This document shows positions 1 to 10,707 of a stretch of DNA of 64,000 nt, in pieces. Location: the NCBI GenBank assembly GCA_026770705.1, contig JANJGN010000016.1, positions 88,474,001 to 88,538,000 of the forward strand. Reading direction: 5' to 3'. The stretch's first letter is position 1; each line of letters opens with the position of its first letter. The notes beneath the pieces were generated by a model. It was given only the letters and a program-made list of their open reading frames with translations, was not told the DNA's origin and did not search any database. The stretch comes from Isurus oxyrinchus (lineage: Eukaryota). Made by a program: the position numbers and the translations under genes.

Positions 1-205
1 AGAGACAGAGAGAGGGTGAGAGTGAGTTAAAGGTGAGTGTGAGTGAGAGACAGAGAGAGGGTGAGAGTGAGTTAAAGGTGAGTGTGAGTGAGAGACAGAG
101 AGAGGGTGAGAGTGGGTTAAAGGTGAGTGTGAGTGAGAGACAGAGAGAGGGTGAGAGTGAGTTAAAGGTGAGTGTGCGTGAGAGACAGAGAGAGGGTGAG
201 AGTGA
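1..205. repeat. 45-bp GA/GT-rich minisatellite, about 4.5 copies (runs off window start), immediately upstream of the J-RSS
   Basis: Unit AGAGACAGAGAGAGGGTGAGAGTGAGTTAAAGGTGAGTGTGAGTG restarts at 1, 46, 91, 136 and 181. Confidence 0.95.
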
Positions 206-226
206 CTGAGTGAAGCAGAGAGCTGA

Positions 227-265
227 GGTTTTTGTACAGCCCCTGCACTGGAAGCTCTCAGTGTG
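227..265 (-). promoter_or_regulatory. V(D)J recombination signal sequence with 23-bp spacer (J-RSS)
   Basis: Perfect nonamer GGTTTTTGT (227-235), exactly 23-bp spacer (236-258), heptamer CAGTGTG (259-265; CACACTG on -, one mismatch to CACAGTG) abutting J. A 23-RSS on J is the kappa-type configuration. Confidence 0.93.
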
Positions 266-300
266 GGTTACGTTCGGTAAAGGAACCAAACTCAGACTGA
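266..300 (+). CDS. IGKJ: Ig kappa-type light-chain J segment (VTFGKGTKLRL-S)
   Basis: FGxGT motif (TTC GGT AAA GGA ACC at 273-287). Phase-1 donor A|GTAAGT at 300/301 joins in frame to the C exon (A+GC = Ser). Confidence 0.93.
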
Positions 301-796
301 GTAAGTAAACCCCAATCCTCCCTTATTAACCCTTTCAATACTAAAACTTTCTCAAACACTAATGCTGAATAGTTGAAGGTGTTAGTGAGGAGCTGCAGTG
401 AATGAAATGGTTCAGTGAACAACACTGTGTATAACAGGGTGCCCAGCTGTATTTCTTTCATTACATTCCCCCCTTTAAGCAGCAAGATAGAAATAACCAA
501 CTTTTACCCACCGTCTAGAGGAGATCTGGATGTTTGCAGACTGTGCTGACATTGCTGCACCATGGACTGAAATCACTCACTAGACTCCTGTCAGTCTCAG
601 TGTGACAGACACGGGCAGAGTTTGATATGAGCTCCGGCTCCCTCTCACAGTCTCTGATATAACTGATCACAGCACCAGCACAGTGAGACACCGAGGTCCC
701 ACCTCCCCAGTGTTTATGCTTCACTTGAGCCGACTCCCATCTTCCCTCATTTAAATCTATTATTGCAACCCTACAATCCCTTCTTGCTCTTTTGCT

Positions 797-1254
797 TGAA
801 AACAAAGAAAACTGCGGATGCTGGAAATCCAAAACAAAAACAGAATTACCTGGAAAAACTCAGCAGGTCTGGCAGCATCGGCGGAGAAGAAAAGAGTTGA
901 CGTTTCGAGTCCTCATGACCCTTCGACAGAACTTGATTTCGAGTCCAGGAAAGAGTTGAAATATAAGCTGGTTTAAGGTGTGTGTGTGGGGGGAGGAGAG
1001 AGAGAGAGAGACAGAGGTGCTTGTGTAGACAAAAAAGCAGTGATAGAAGCAGATCATCAAAAGATGTCAGTAACAATGGTACAAAAGAACACATAGGTGT
1101 TAAAGTTAAAGTTGGTGATATTATCTAAATGAATGTGCTAATTAAGAATGGATGGTAGGGCACTCAAGGTACAGCTCTAGTGGGGGTGGGGGGAGCATAA
1201 AAGATTTTAAAATATTTAAAAATAATGGAAATAGGTGGGAAAAGAAAAATCTAT
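797..1254 (-). mobile_element. Penelope-like element terminal (pseudo-LTR) fragment
   Basis: AAAACAAAAACAGAATTACCTGGAAAAACTCAGCAGGTCTGGCAGCATC end sequence, also seen at about 14097-14147 and 17959-18344. Contains a PLE-type minimal hammerhead motif. Confidence 0.65.
895..933 (-). ncRNA. Minimal type I hammerhead-ribozyme-like motif (variant core)
   Basis: Minus strand reads AGUU-CUGUCGA-A-GGGUC(AUGAG)GACUC-GAAA-CGUC-AACU: 4-bp stem I, 5-bp stem II, palindromic ACGU stem III and GUC cleavage triplet. The core has U at the A6 position. Confidence 0.55.
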
Positions 1255-2380
1255 AGTGCTTGTCCAGCTTCCCCTTAAACACATCCATACTATTCACTTC
1301 AACCACTCACTGTGGCAGCGAGTTCCACGTTCCCACCACTCTCTGGTTATTGGATTTCTTGATGATTATCTTATATTGATGGCCTCTAGTTCTGCTCTTC
1401 CCCATAAGAGGAAACATTCTCTCTGTATCTAATCAATCAAAACTTTTTAGAATTTTAAAGACCTCTATTAGATCAACCCCTCAGCCATCTTTTATCAAGA
1501 GAAAAGAAACCCAGCCTGTCAATCCTTTCCTGATTTTATACCCACACATTTCTGGGATCATCCTTTTCGATCTTCTCTGCACCTTCTCCAGTGCATCTAT
1601 ATCCTTTTTATAACAAGGTGACCAGAACTGCAGGCAGTATCTAAGTGTGGCCTAAACAAGGTTCAATACAGGTTAACAAAACTTCCTCCTTTTCAACTAT
1701 ATCCCTCTAGAAATAAACCCTTGCGCTGGGTTTAATGTTTATGTCCTTGCTAACCTGTGACACAACTTTTTGTGATTGATGTATTTGTATTCCAATATCC
1801 CTTTGTTCCTCTATCCCCTCAGGTTGGCACCTTCAAAATAATAAGTGACCTCACTGTTCCTTCGATCAAAATGGACTACCTCATATTTATCTGCATTGAA
1901 CTTCATTCACCAAATAATTCCCCATTTTGCAAGATTATTAATGTCCTCCTGTAATTTGTTGCAGTTCTCCTCAGTATTGACCATTCCCACTCTCCCAATT
2001 TCATGTCATCCTCAAATTTAGAAATTGTATCTTTGATTCCAAACGATAAATGTTTAATGTAAATTGTGAACAGCAGTGATCCCAGCGCTGATCCTTGTGG
2101 AACTCCACTTCCCACCTTCTGCCACTCTGAATAATGACCCTTTATTTCCGGTCTCTGCTTTCTTGAAGCCAGCGCACAATCCATTCTGTCACTTGTCCCT
2201 GACTCCACATTTTCTGACCTTATTCGTTAGTCAATTCTGGGGGACCTTATTGAAGGCCTTTTGAAATGCCAGATAAATTACATTTACTACATTACCAGCG
2301 TCTACTCTCTCTGTTACTTCCTCAAAATATTCAATAAGGTTGGTCAGTAAGATTTTCCCTTCAAAATCCATGCTGACTCT
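1255..2380 (-). mobile_element. CR1-type LINE, degenerate 3' RT fragment in the J-C intron
   Basis: ORF 1903-2208(-) has SGVPQGSALGSLLFTIYI and ISKFEDDMKLG (degenerate FADD) RT motifs; disrupted. Confidence 0.85.
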
Positions 2381-2487
2381 TCATTCTAATATACATAAAA
2401 AAACCCAGAAGTATACACAGAATACACAAAGATATTCACGCAAAGGATAAATGTACAGGAAATAAACTTCCTTCTCTTCCCTTTCAG

Positions 2488-2816
2488 GCAGAGAGAAGTC
2501 ACCACCCACAGTGACCCTGCTGCCCCCCTCCCCAGAGGAGGTCAAGACCAAGGGCACTGCCACCCTGGTGTGCCTTGCCAATCACTTCTATCCCGATGAG
2601 GTGAAGGTGGAGTGGAAGAAGGACGGTGCAGCCATTTCGGACGGGGTTCAGACCAGCAACTACCTGCGAGCTTCGGACAGCACCTACAGCGTCAGCAGCC
2701 TGCTGACCCTCTCTGGCTCCGGCTGGGAGTCCAACGCCAGCTTCTCCTGTGTCGTCACCCACGAGAGTCTTTCCTCTCCCCTCAGCAAGAGCATCAGGAG
2801 ATCAGAATGTGCGTAG
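2488..2816 (+). CDS. IGKC: Ig kappa-type (shark type III/NS4-like) light-chain constant exon
   Basis: Polypyrimidine tract plus CAG acceptor at 2485-2487. Encodes (S)REKSPPTVTLLPPSPEEVKTKGTATLVCLANHFYPDEVKVEWKKDG...STYSVSSLLTLS...FSCVVTHESLSSPLSKSIRRSECA*. C1-set Cys/Trp/Cys and the penultimate Cys for the H-L bond are intact. Confidence 0.96.
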
Positions 2817-2971
2817 AGTGTTAGAGACAGTCCACAGAGGAGATACAACTTTAAATAGAACAGGGGTGAGCTGGGAGGGCAAAGGTCATTGTCAGCACCA
2901 AATTACAACTCTCTTCCTTCTCAGGACTGGCTCTGAGACACTTCTGAGGGTCAGGAATTAAGGTACGTTGT

Positions 2972-3115
2972 TGGGACAATGTAGAGGGAGTTTTACTCTG
3001 TATCTAACCCCGTGCTGTACCTGTCCTGGGAGTGTTTGATGGGGACAGTGTAGAGGGACCTTTACTCTGTATCTAGCCCCCTGCAGCACCTGTCCTGGGA
3101 GTGTTTGATGGGTCA
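2972..3115. repeat. Two copies of a 69-bp minisatellite unit in the Ig 3' UTR
   Basis: GTAGAGGGA...TTTACTCTGTATCTA...CCTGTCCTGGGAGTGTTTGATGGG starts at 2981 and 3050. Confidence 0.85.
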
Positions 3116-3410
3116 GTTTAATCTCGTGATACTAAGTTAAACCTCTCTAAGATGCTGAAGACTGTCAGCTGTACAAAAATAATGTGACCCTCCGAAGTGT
3201 CTGCTTCAGTAAACCAGACCCCTTCCTGCTCACCCTGCAGTTACAATTTAAGGTTCAGTCACTGTTTAAAGGGACAGGATTCTCATGTTCTGGAGAAAAT
3301 CTCCACAAGCGTTTTAATAAACCTCCATTCTCCCTGTGAATTTCTCCAGCTTCCTCTGGCTGGGCTGTTTATTCAAGTCTTTTTTCTGTAAATGTCAATG
3401 TGTAAAAGGT

Positions 3411-3416
3411 AATAAA
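3411..3416 (+). terminator. Probable polyadenylation signal of the Ig light-chain mRNA
   Basis: AATAAA followed by GT-rich GTCTCTGTCTGGTGAGTG about 15 nt downstream. An alternative AATAAA lies at 3316-3321. Confidence 0.6.
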
Positions 3417-3918
3417 CATTAAGAATATTCAGTCTCTGTCTGGTGAGTGCTTTGGAAATGTCCCACCTCCCCATCAGCTGATTGGCTGCATTTCAGCAAG
3501 TGATTGTCCTGATTGGCTGGTTGGCCTGTCAATCAATGTCACATCAGCACAAGATTTGATTCAAAGGCAATTATCAATCATTTTAAAATGATCAGTTTTA
3601 TCCCGAATCTCTTGAATTTACAAGATTAAAAACAGAAATGGAAAGTTGCTAGGATTAAATCATCACAATCCAATTATTCACTCTTCACACTGGAGTTGCT
3701 GTTCCAGCTGGTGGGATCATGCTGTACACTCTGTGCTGACTGCTGGGTAATGCCTGAAATGAGCTCGGGGAAATTTCGGGGCTCGAGGGCACAATCACAA
3801 TGTTTTCTCGCTCCTTAATCTGGGGTTCATGATAACAGCACAAAACTGCCCCTGGTGAGAACTCAGTTTACAGGGGAGCAGTCAGGATATCACACTGTAC
3901 ATGGCCCCGAGTGTGCGT

Positions 3919-4360
3919 GTGACTGTGACCCAGTACTGTCTGTAGGTGTGTATCTCTGAGTGTGGATGTGACTGTGACCCAGTACTGTCTGTAGGTGTGT
4001 ATCTCTGAGTGTGGATGTGACTGTGACCCAGTACTGTCTGTAGGTGTGTATCTCCTGAGTGTAGGAGTGATACCCAGTGCTGTCTGTAGGTGTGTTGTCT
4101 CTGAGTGTGGGTATGTCACCCAGTACTGTCTGTAGGTGTGTGTCTCTGAGTGTGGGTATGTCACCCAGTACTGTCTGTAGGTGTGTTGTCTCTGAGTGTG
4201 GGTGTGTTACCCAGTACTGACTGTAGGTGTGCATCTCTGAGTGTGGGTATGTCTCCCAGTACTGTCTGTAGGTATGTGTCTCTCAGTGTGGGAATGTCAC
4301 CCAGTGCTGTCTGTAGGTGTGTGTCTCAGTGTGGGAGTGTTATCCAGTACTGTCTGTAGT
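3919..4360. repeat. 45-49-bp minisatellite, about 9-10 copies
   Basis: Repeated CCCAGTACTGTCTGTAGGTGTGTATCTCTGAGTGTGG core. Confidence 0.93.
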
Positions 4361-4844
4361 TCCCTCCCTGTGTTTCCCTTCAGTCTCATTTCTCCAGCTT
4401 GAATTCCTTCCTTGGTGTTTGATTCTGCCACTGGGTGATTTCACTGGGGAAGGTGAGTGTCAGGAATGGTTGTTATCATGTTCAAAGGCCTCTTTCCCTG
4501 TATTTCAGTTGAACTCAACTGAGTGGAATGCTGCGATGATGATGTGTCTATAAACTGAGATGCTGCATATGTGGGGCATTGATCAGTCAGTAAGGGACTG
4601 AACTCTGAGGCCGATCGGTACTTCAGTCCCATGCTTGCACATCTGTCCAGGGTCTAGTTCTCCAGGCCAATGGGCTGCAGTCTTTTGGGTTTAAATATGT
4701 GTGTGGAGTCCTACAACTGATACCAATTGAATGATCTATTGAACCAAATGGGAAGCAATCTGGATCTTACCATACAGCTATGTGAAGGGTCTGCAGTGTG
4801 GAGTGATCACAGAACACAGACAGACACAAGTGACAGTGAGTTAG

Positions 4845-4850
4845 TTTATT
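4845..4850 (-). terminator. Probable polyadenylation signal of the RABGAP1L-like transcript
   Basis: AATAAA on - followed by UG-rich CTTGTGTCTGTCTGTGTTCTGTG. A second candidate lies at 5056-5061. Confidence 0.5.
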
Positions 4851-5302
4851 GTTGAAAATACAATTGTTACAAATACAAGCCGTCCCCAGAGATGGCTGCA
4901 GCAACCAGGGGGAGTCTGGCATTACAGATAAACACACAAACTAAAGGCACCTGTTGACTGGCTCAACAGGGCTGCAAGTTAAGCATAAATTTTCCCCTAT
5001 TTTTAACTATTTTAATATCGAACCTGTTTGAAAATTAAAGAAACAAGATAGATCATTTATTTGTTCTTTATACATTGTGCAAATGGTGTCCATTAGCTGT
5101 TCCTCTGCATTGTCCACACACATCAGTTTGTAAAGGCTGAAAGGGAAGAATGTTGGAGCGTCCTGCAGAAAGAACCAAGCAGAACAGTTAGAGTGTAAGA
5201 CAGTACATCCAGAGAGTGACAGTGAGGCTTGGGAACCAACCTGAGCAAAACACCTCAATTTTTGGGGGTTAATGGATGGGAGCAGCTGGGTACTCCGTCT
5301 GG

Positions 5303-8300
5303 AGACAGAGAGAGAGGGGGAGAGACTGAGCGCGGCTGTAAGTGAGAGATGGAGAGTGAGAGCGCAAGCGAGGGAGAGCACAAGCGAGAGAGAGCGTAAG
5401 AGAGAGAGAGCGCAAGAGAGAGAGAGCGCAAGAGAGAGAGCGCGAGCGAGATAGAGAGCACGAGCGAGACAGAGCGCGAGCGAGACAGAGCGCGAGTGAG
5501 ACAGAGCGCGAGTGAGACAGAGCGCGAGTGAGACACAGTGCGAGCGAGACAGAGCGCGAGCGAGACACAGTGCGAGCGAGACAGAGCGCGAGCGAGACAG
5601 AGCACGAGCGAGACAGAGCATGAGCGAGACACAGTGCGAGCGAGACAGAGCACGAGCGAGACAGAGCGTGAGCGAGACACAGTGCGAGCGAGACACAGTG
5701 CGAGCGAGACAGAGCGTGAGCGAGAGAGAGAGCACGAGCGAGACACAGTACGAGCGAGACAGAGCGCGAGCGAGACACAGTGCGAGCGAGACAGAGCGCG
5801 AGCGAGACACAGTACGAGCGAGACAGAGCGCGAGCGAGACACAGTACGAGCGAGACAGAGCGCGAGCGAGACACAGCACGAGCGAGACAGAGTGCGAGCG
5901 AGACAGAGCGCGAGCGAGACACAGTGCGCGCGAGACAGCGCGAGCGAGACACAGTGCGAGCGAGACAGAGCGCGAGCGAGACAGAGCGCGAGCGTGAGCG
6001 AGACAGAGCGCGAGCGTGAGCGAGACAGAGCGCGAGCGTGAGCGAGACACAGCGCGAGCGAGACAGCGCGCGAGCGTGAGCGAGACAGAGCGCGAGCGAG
6101 ACAGCGCGGCGAGCGAGACAGCGCGCGAGCGAGACAGCGCGCGAGCGAGAGACAGTGTGTGCGAGAGAGAGCGAACGAGAGAGAGCGCGAGCGAGAGAGA
6201 GAGAGCGCGAGCGAGAGAGAGAGAGTATGTGAGTGCGAGCGAGAGGGCGAGCGAGAGAAAGCGCAAGTAAGAGAGCGGGAGTGAGGGTGCGCGGGTAGGG
6301 GAGAGAGAGAGTTGGGGGAGAGATTGAATGAGGGAGAAAGAGAGCAAGTGAGCACACGAGTGAGTGAGAGCGCGGGAGTGAGAGTGCACGAGTGAGAGAG
6401 TGTGCGCGAGTGAGAGCAAGAGTGAGACAGGATGCACAAGTGAAAGAGCGCGTGAGAGAGAGCGAGCGAGTGAGAGCAAGAGTGAGAGAGGGCACGCGAG
6501 TGAGAGAGGGCACGCGAGTGAGAGAGGGCGCGCGAGTGAGAGAGGGCGCGCGAGTGAGAGCAAGAGTGAGAGAGGGCACGCGAGTGAGAGAGGGCACGCG
6601 AGTGAGAGAGGGCACGCGAGTGAGAGAGGGCGCGCGAGTGAGAGAGGGCGCGCGAGTGAGAGAGGGCGCGCGAGTGAGAGAGGGCGCGCGAGTGAGAGAG
6701 GGCACGCGAGTGAGAGCAAGAGTGAGAGAGGGCACGCGAGTGAGAGAGGGCGCGCGAGTGAGAGAGGGCGCGCGAGTGAGAGAGGGCGCGCGAGTGAGAG
6801 AGGGCGCGCGAGTGAGAGAGGGCGCGCGAGTGAGAGAGGGCGCGCGAGTGAGAGAGGGCGCGCGAGTGAGAGAGGGCACGCGAGTGAGAGAGGGCGCGAG
6901 TGAGAGAGGGCACGCGAGTGAGCGAGGGCGCGCGAGTGAGAGCAAGAGTGAGAGAGGGCACGCGAGTGAGAGAGGGCGCGCGAGTGAGAGCAAGAGTGAG
7001 AGAGGGCGGGAGTGAGAGCGTGGGAGAGACAGAGAGCACTGGAGTGAGAGCGAGAGTGAGTGAGAGAGTGTGCGCGAGTGACAGAGCGAGTGAGAGAGGG
7101 CATGCGGGTGAGAGCGAGAGTGAGAGAGGGCGCGTGAATGAGAGACAGCGCGCAAATGAGAGCGAGAGTGAGAGTGGGCATGCGAGTGAGAGAGCGCGCA
7201 AGTGAGAGAGAGCAAGCGAGACAGAGCGCGCGCGAGTGAGAGAGGGTGGACAAATAAGAGCGAGAGTGAGAGCGAGAGTGAGAGAGCGCGCGGGAGTGAG
7301 AGAGGGTGGACAAATAAGAGCGAGAGTGAGAGCGAGAGTGAGAGAGCGCGCGGGAGTGAGAGAGGGTGGACAAATAAGAGCGAGAGTGAGAGCGAGAGTG
7401 AGAGCGCGCGCGGGAGTGAGAGAGCGCGCGGGAGTGAGACAGCGCGCGGGATTGAGAGAGCGCGCGGGAGTGAGAGCGTGGGAGTGAGAGGGACCGTGGG
7501 AGTGAGAGCGAGCGCAGGGGTGACAGTGCGCGGGGGAGTGAGAGCGAGAGTGAGAGAGGGCGGGAGAGAGAAAGAGTGAGCGAGCATGGGAGTGAGAGCG
7601 AGAGTGAGAGAGCGCAGGAGTGAGAACAAGCGTGGGAGTGAGAGCAAGCGCGTGGTGACAGTGCGCGGGGGAGTGAGAGCGAGAGTGAAGGAGAGCGTGC
7701 GAGTGAGAGCGTGGGAGTGAGGGAGAGCACGGGAGTGAGGGAGAGCGCGCAAGTGAGAGACTGTGGGAGTGAGGGAGAGCGTGGGAGTGAAGGAGAGTGT
7801 GGGAGTGAAAGAGACCGCGGGAGTGAGAGCGAGCGTGAGGGTGAGAGTGCGCAGGGGAGTGAGAGAGAGCGTAGGAGTGAGAATAAGCGCGGGAGTGAGA
7901 ACAAGCCCGGGAGTGAGAACAAGCGCGGGAGTGAGAACAAGCGCGGGAGTGAGAACAAGCGCGGGAGTGAGAACAAGCGCGGGAGTGAGAACAAGCGCGG
8001 GAGGGAGGGAGCGCGCGGGAGGGAGGGAGCGCGCGGGAGTGAGAACAAGCGCGGAAGTGAGAACAAGCGCGAGAGTGAGAGAGAGCACAGGAGTGAGAGA
8101 GTGCGCGGGAGTGAGAGAGCGCGCGGGAGTGAGAGCGCGCGCAGGAGTGAGAGAGCGCGCGGGAGTGAGAGAGCGCGCGGGAGTGAGAGCGCGCGCGGGA
8201 GAGAGCGCGTGGGAGTGAGAGAGCACGCGGGAGTGAGAGAGCACGCGGGAGTGAGAGAGAGCGCGGGGGGTGAGAGAGAGCGCGGGGGTGAGAGAGAGCG

Positions 8301-8825
8301 CGGGGGTGAGAGAGAGCGCGGGAGTGAGAGAGAGCGCGGGAGTGAGAGAGAGCGCGGGAGTGAGAGAGTGCGCGGGAGTGAGAGAGAGCGCGGGGGGTGA
8401 GAGAGAGCGCGGGGGTGAGAACAAGCACGGGAGTGACAGAGCGCGGGAGTGAGAGAGAGCGCGGGGGTGAGAGAGAGCGCGGGGGTGAGAGAGAGCGCGG
8501 GGGTGAGAGAGAGTGCGGGGGTGAGAGAGAGTGCGGGGGTGAGAGAGAGCGCGGGAGAGAGCGCGCGGGGGTGAGAGCGCGCGCGGGGGTGAGAGAGCGC
8601 GCGGGGGGTGAGAGAGAGCGCGGGAGTGAGAGAGAGCAAGTGAGAGAAAGAGCACTAGTGAGAGAGAGCGCGGGAGTGAGAGAGCGCGGGAGTGAGAGAG
8701 AGCGCGGGAGTGAGAGAGAGCGCGGGTGTGAGAGAGCGCGCGGGGGTGAGAGAGCGCGCGGGGGTGAGAGAGAGCAAGTGAGAGAAAGAGCACTAGTGAG
8801 AGAGAGAGAGAGAGAGTGAGAGCGA
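5303..8825. repeat. 3.5-kb composite purine-rich, CpG-rich repeat ((GA)n-derived 16-, 18- and 60-bp units)
   Basis: GAGCGAGACAGAGCGC (16 bp) at about 5440-6150; GAGTGAGAGAGGGCGCGC (18 bp) at about 6480-7000; 60-bp unit x3 at about 7230-7410; GGGAGTGAGAACAAGCGC and GGGGGTGAGAGAGAGCGC (18 bp) to about 8800. Confidence 0.95.
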
Positions 8826-9197
8826 GGAACATTCTCAGCCAGTCCGGACAGGATAACTAAACAACAAACAGGATTTGCTGACAGGCCCTCATCCCTGAAG
8901 CTGCCTGTAGAATTGATCCATTCACTAAATATCTCAATGACATTACCAATCAACAACTGATGCCAATGAAAATGACAAGATATTGTTCCTAAAATACAAT
9001 AACATTTCTTGTTGTACAAACCAACAATGAGTAAGATTGGATTAAATAATGAGGATGTACTTGAATGTACGGAAAGGTGAAAGTTCAGCGGGCAGCTGCT
9101 GGCCTTGAGGGTTGTGTGTCTGTAGTGAGTGTTTGCTGTCGAGTTCAGGAGTTAATATTCAGGCTGCTGTCCCCTCACCATCAGGAGCTGGAGAGGA

Positions 9198-9380
<183 letters not shown>

Positions 9381-9639
9381 TCAAAATAATTCATCACTAC
9401 AACCCAGAGACAGAGTCATCACCACCAAGGAGCACTTTGTACACAAACCCAGAGACACCCGTGTACACACACTCAGACCCAGGGATCCCCAAATACACAC
9501 ACTTAGGCCCAGTGACCCCCATATACACACACCCTCAGGCCTCGAGACAATCCTGTGTACACACACAGCCACTGACCACGCTGTACGCACCCACAGAGCC
9601 AGATGCCACCCTGTACACACACACACACTTATTGCCCAC

Positions 9640-10165
9640 CTAGTCCTCCTTCCCCCAGCCCCTCTCCCTCGCCTGGCCCCTCTGCCTCCCTCCCCCAGCC
9701 TCTTTTCCTCTCTCCCCTGGCCCTTCTCCCTCTTCTTCCCTCCCCCAGCCACTTTCCCTCATCTTCCATCCCGCGACCTCTCTCCCTTAGGTCCCCCCCA
9801 CTCCAGCCCCTCTCCTTCCCTCCCCCGGCCCCTCTCCCTCCCTCCTCTGGCCCCTCTCCCTCTACCCTTACTCTCTCAGCCCCTCTCCCAACCCAGCCTC
9901 TCTCCTTCCCCAGACCCCTCTACCACTCACTCCTCCGGTCCTCTCTCTCTCTCTCCCCTAGCCCCTCTCACTCCCTCCCCTGGCCCCTCTCCCTCTGCCT
10001 CTCCCACTTCCTAGCATCTCTCATTTCCTGACCCCTTTCCCTCCCTCTCCTGGCCCCTCTCCCTCTTCCTCCCTCTCCCCCGGCCCCTCTCCCTCCCTCC
10101 CCCGGTCCCTCTCCCTCCCTCCCCCGGTCCCTCTCCCTCCCTCCCTCCCCTGGCCCCTCTCCCTC
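9640..10165. repeat. Low-complexity polypyrimidine (C/T) tract in intron; G-run rich on -
   Basis: Repeated GGCCCCTCTCCCTC-type motifs, almost no purines. Confidence 0.9.
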
Positions 10166-10201
10166 ATGGGTGCAGATGGAGCTTCCATCTTGGGAGGGTA
10201 C

Positions 10202-10399
10202 CTGTATTTTACACTTGGCCTCCACCAGCTGCAGTTTAGTCTGTGCCAGCTCCAGCTCCATCTCCCTCAGCTGCTTCTTGAGAAGCTCCTTCTCCTCGTC
10301 CACGTCCTGGTTGGAGTGATCCTGACCGGGGTCTGGGAGCTGGAACTCACCGTCCTTCCTGAAGAGCTCGCAGCACCGACCACACGACAGCACTTTCCC
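10202..10399 (-). CDS. RABGAP1L: RABGAP1L-like coding exon (coiled-coil region)
   Basis: CAG|GKVLSCGRCCELFRKDG...EEKELLKKQLREMELELAQTKLQLVEAKCKIQ|GTACCC; 198 bp, phase 0-0. Confidence 0.94.
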
Positions 10400-10516
10400 C
10401 TGGCCATTGGAGAGAGATCACTCAGTAAGGACATTGGCCAACGGTGTTCAGTGACCCCCCCACCCCTAAACCCAGCAGAAACCTTTTCACACCACCGTTC
10501 TGTCAGGGGTTCAGAT

Positions 10517-10707
10517 GAGGCTCAGATCAAGACATCACTTTAAAATTAGAGACAGGTTGGTCAGGAGGTGAGATTAGGAAACATTTTGTCATAGGTAGGG
10601 TGTGGAAAGTGGAACCCAAAACACCGCTGTGGCTGGGTATAATTTCAAAAATGAGCTTGACAGGTTTTTCTTAGACAGAGGTAATGTGTATTGTGGAAGC
10701 AAGGCAG
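10517..10707 (+). mobile_element. CR1 3'-end fragment, first part (interrupted by the HER1-like LINE)
   Basis: CR1-like TTTAAAATTAGAG...GATTAGGAAACATTT...TTTCAAAAATGAGCTTGACAGG...AAGGCAG. Continues at 13771-13845. Confidence 0.6.

Noticed and set aside
423-429. Second J-type heptamer CACTGTG (also at 1308-1314)
   Set aside because: No nonamer 12 or 23 bp upstream and no FGxG J sequence downstream.
2511-2816. ORF-track start at 2511 as a standalone gene
   Set aside because: It is a GTG inside the C exon; the real exon starts at the splice acceptor (2488) and joins to J.
2925-3240. Possible extra exon or 3'-UTR intron after C (CAG at 2924, GTACGT at about 2964, CAG at 3240)
   Set aside because: The C exon already ends in a stop after the terminal Cys, light chains have no membrane exon, and there is no coding support.
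5007-9019. Three ORFs of about 1,200 aa on - (SHSRAL/LSLAR/LTPAL repeats) and many ER/RA-rich ORFs on +
   Set aside because: Open in all frames only because the repeat lacks stop codons; low complexity, no domain, and downstream of the RABGAP1L stop.
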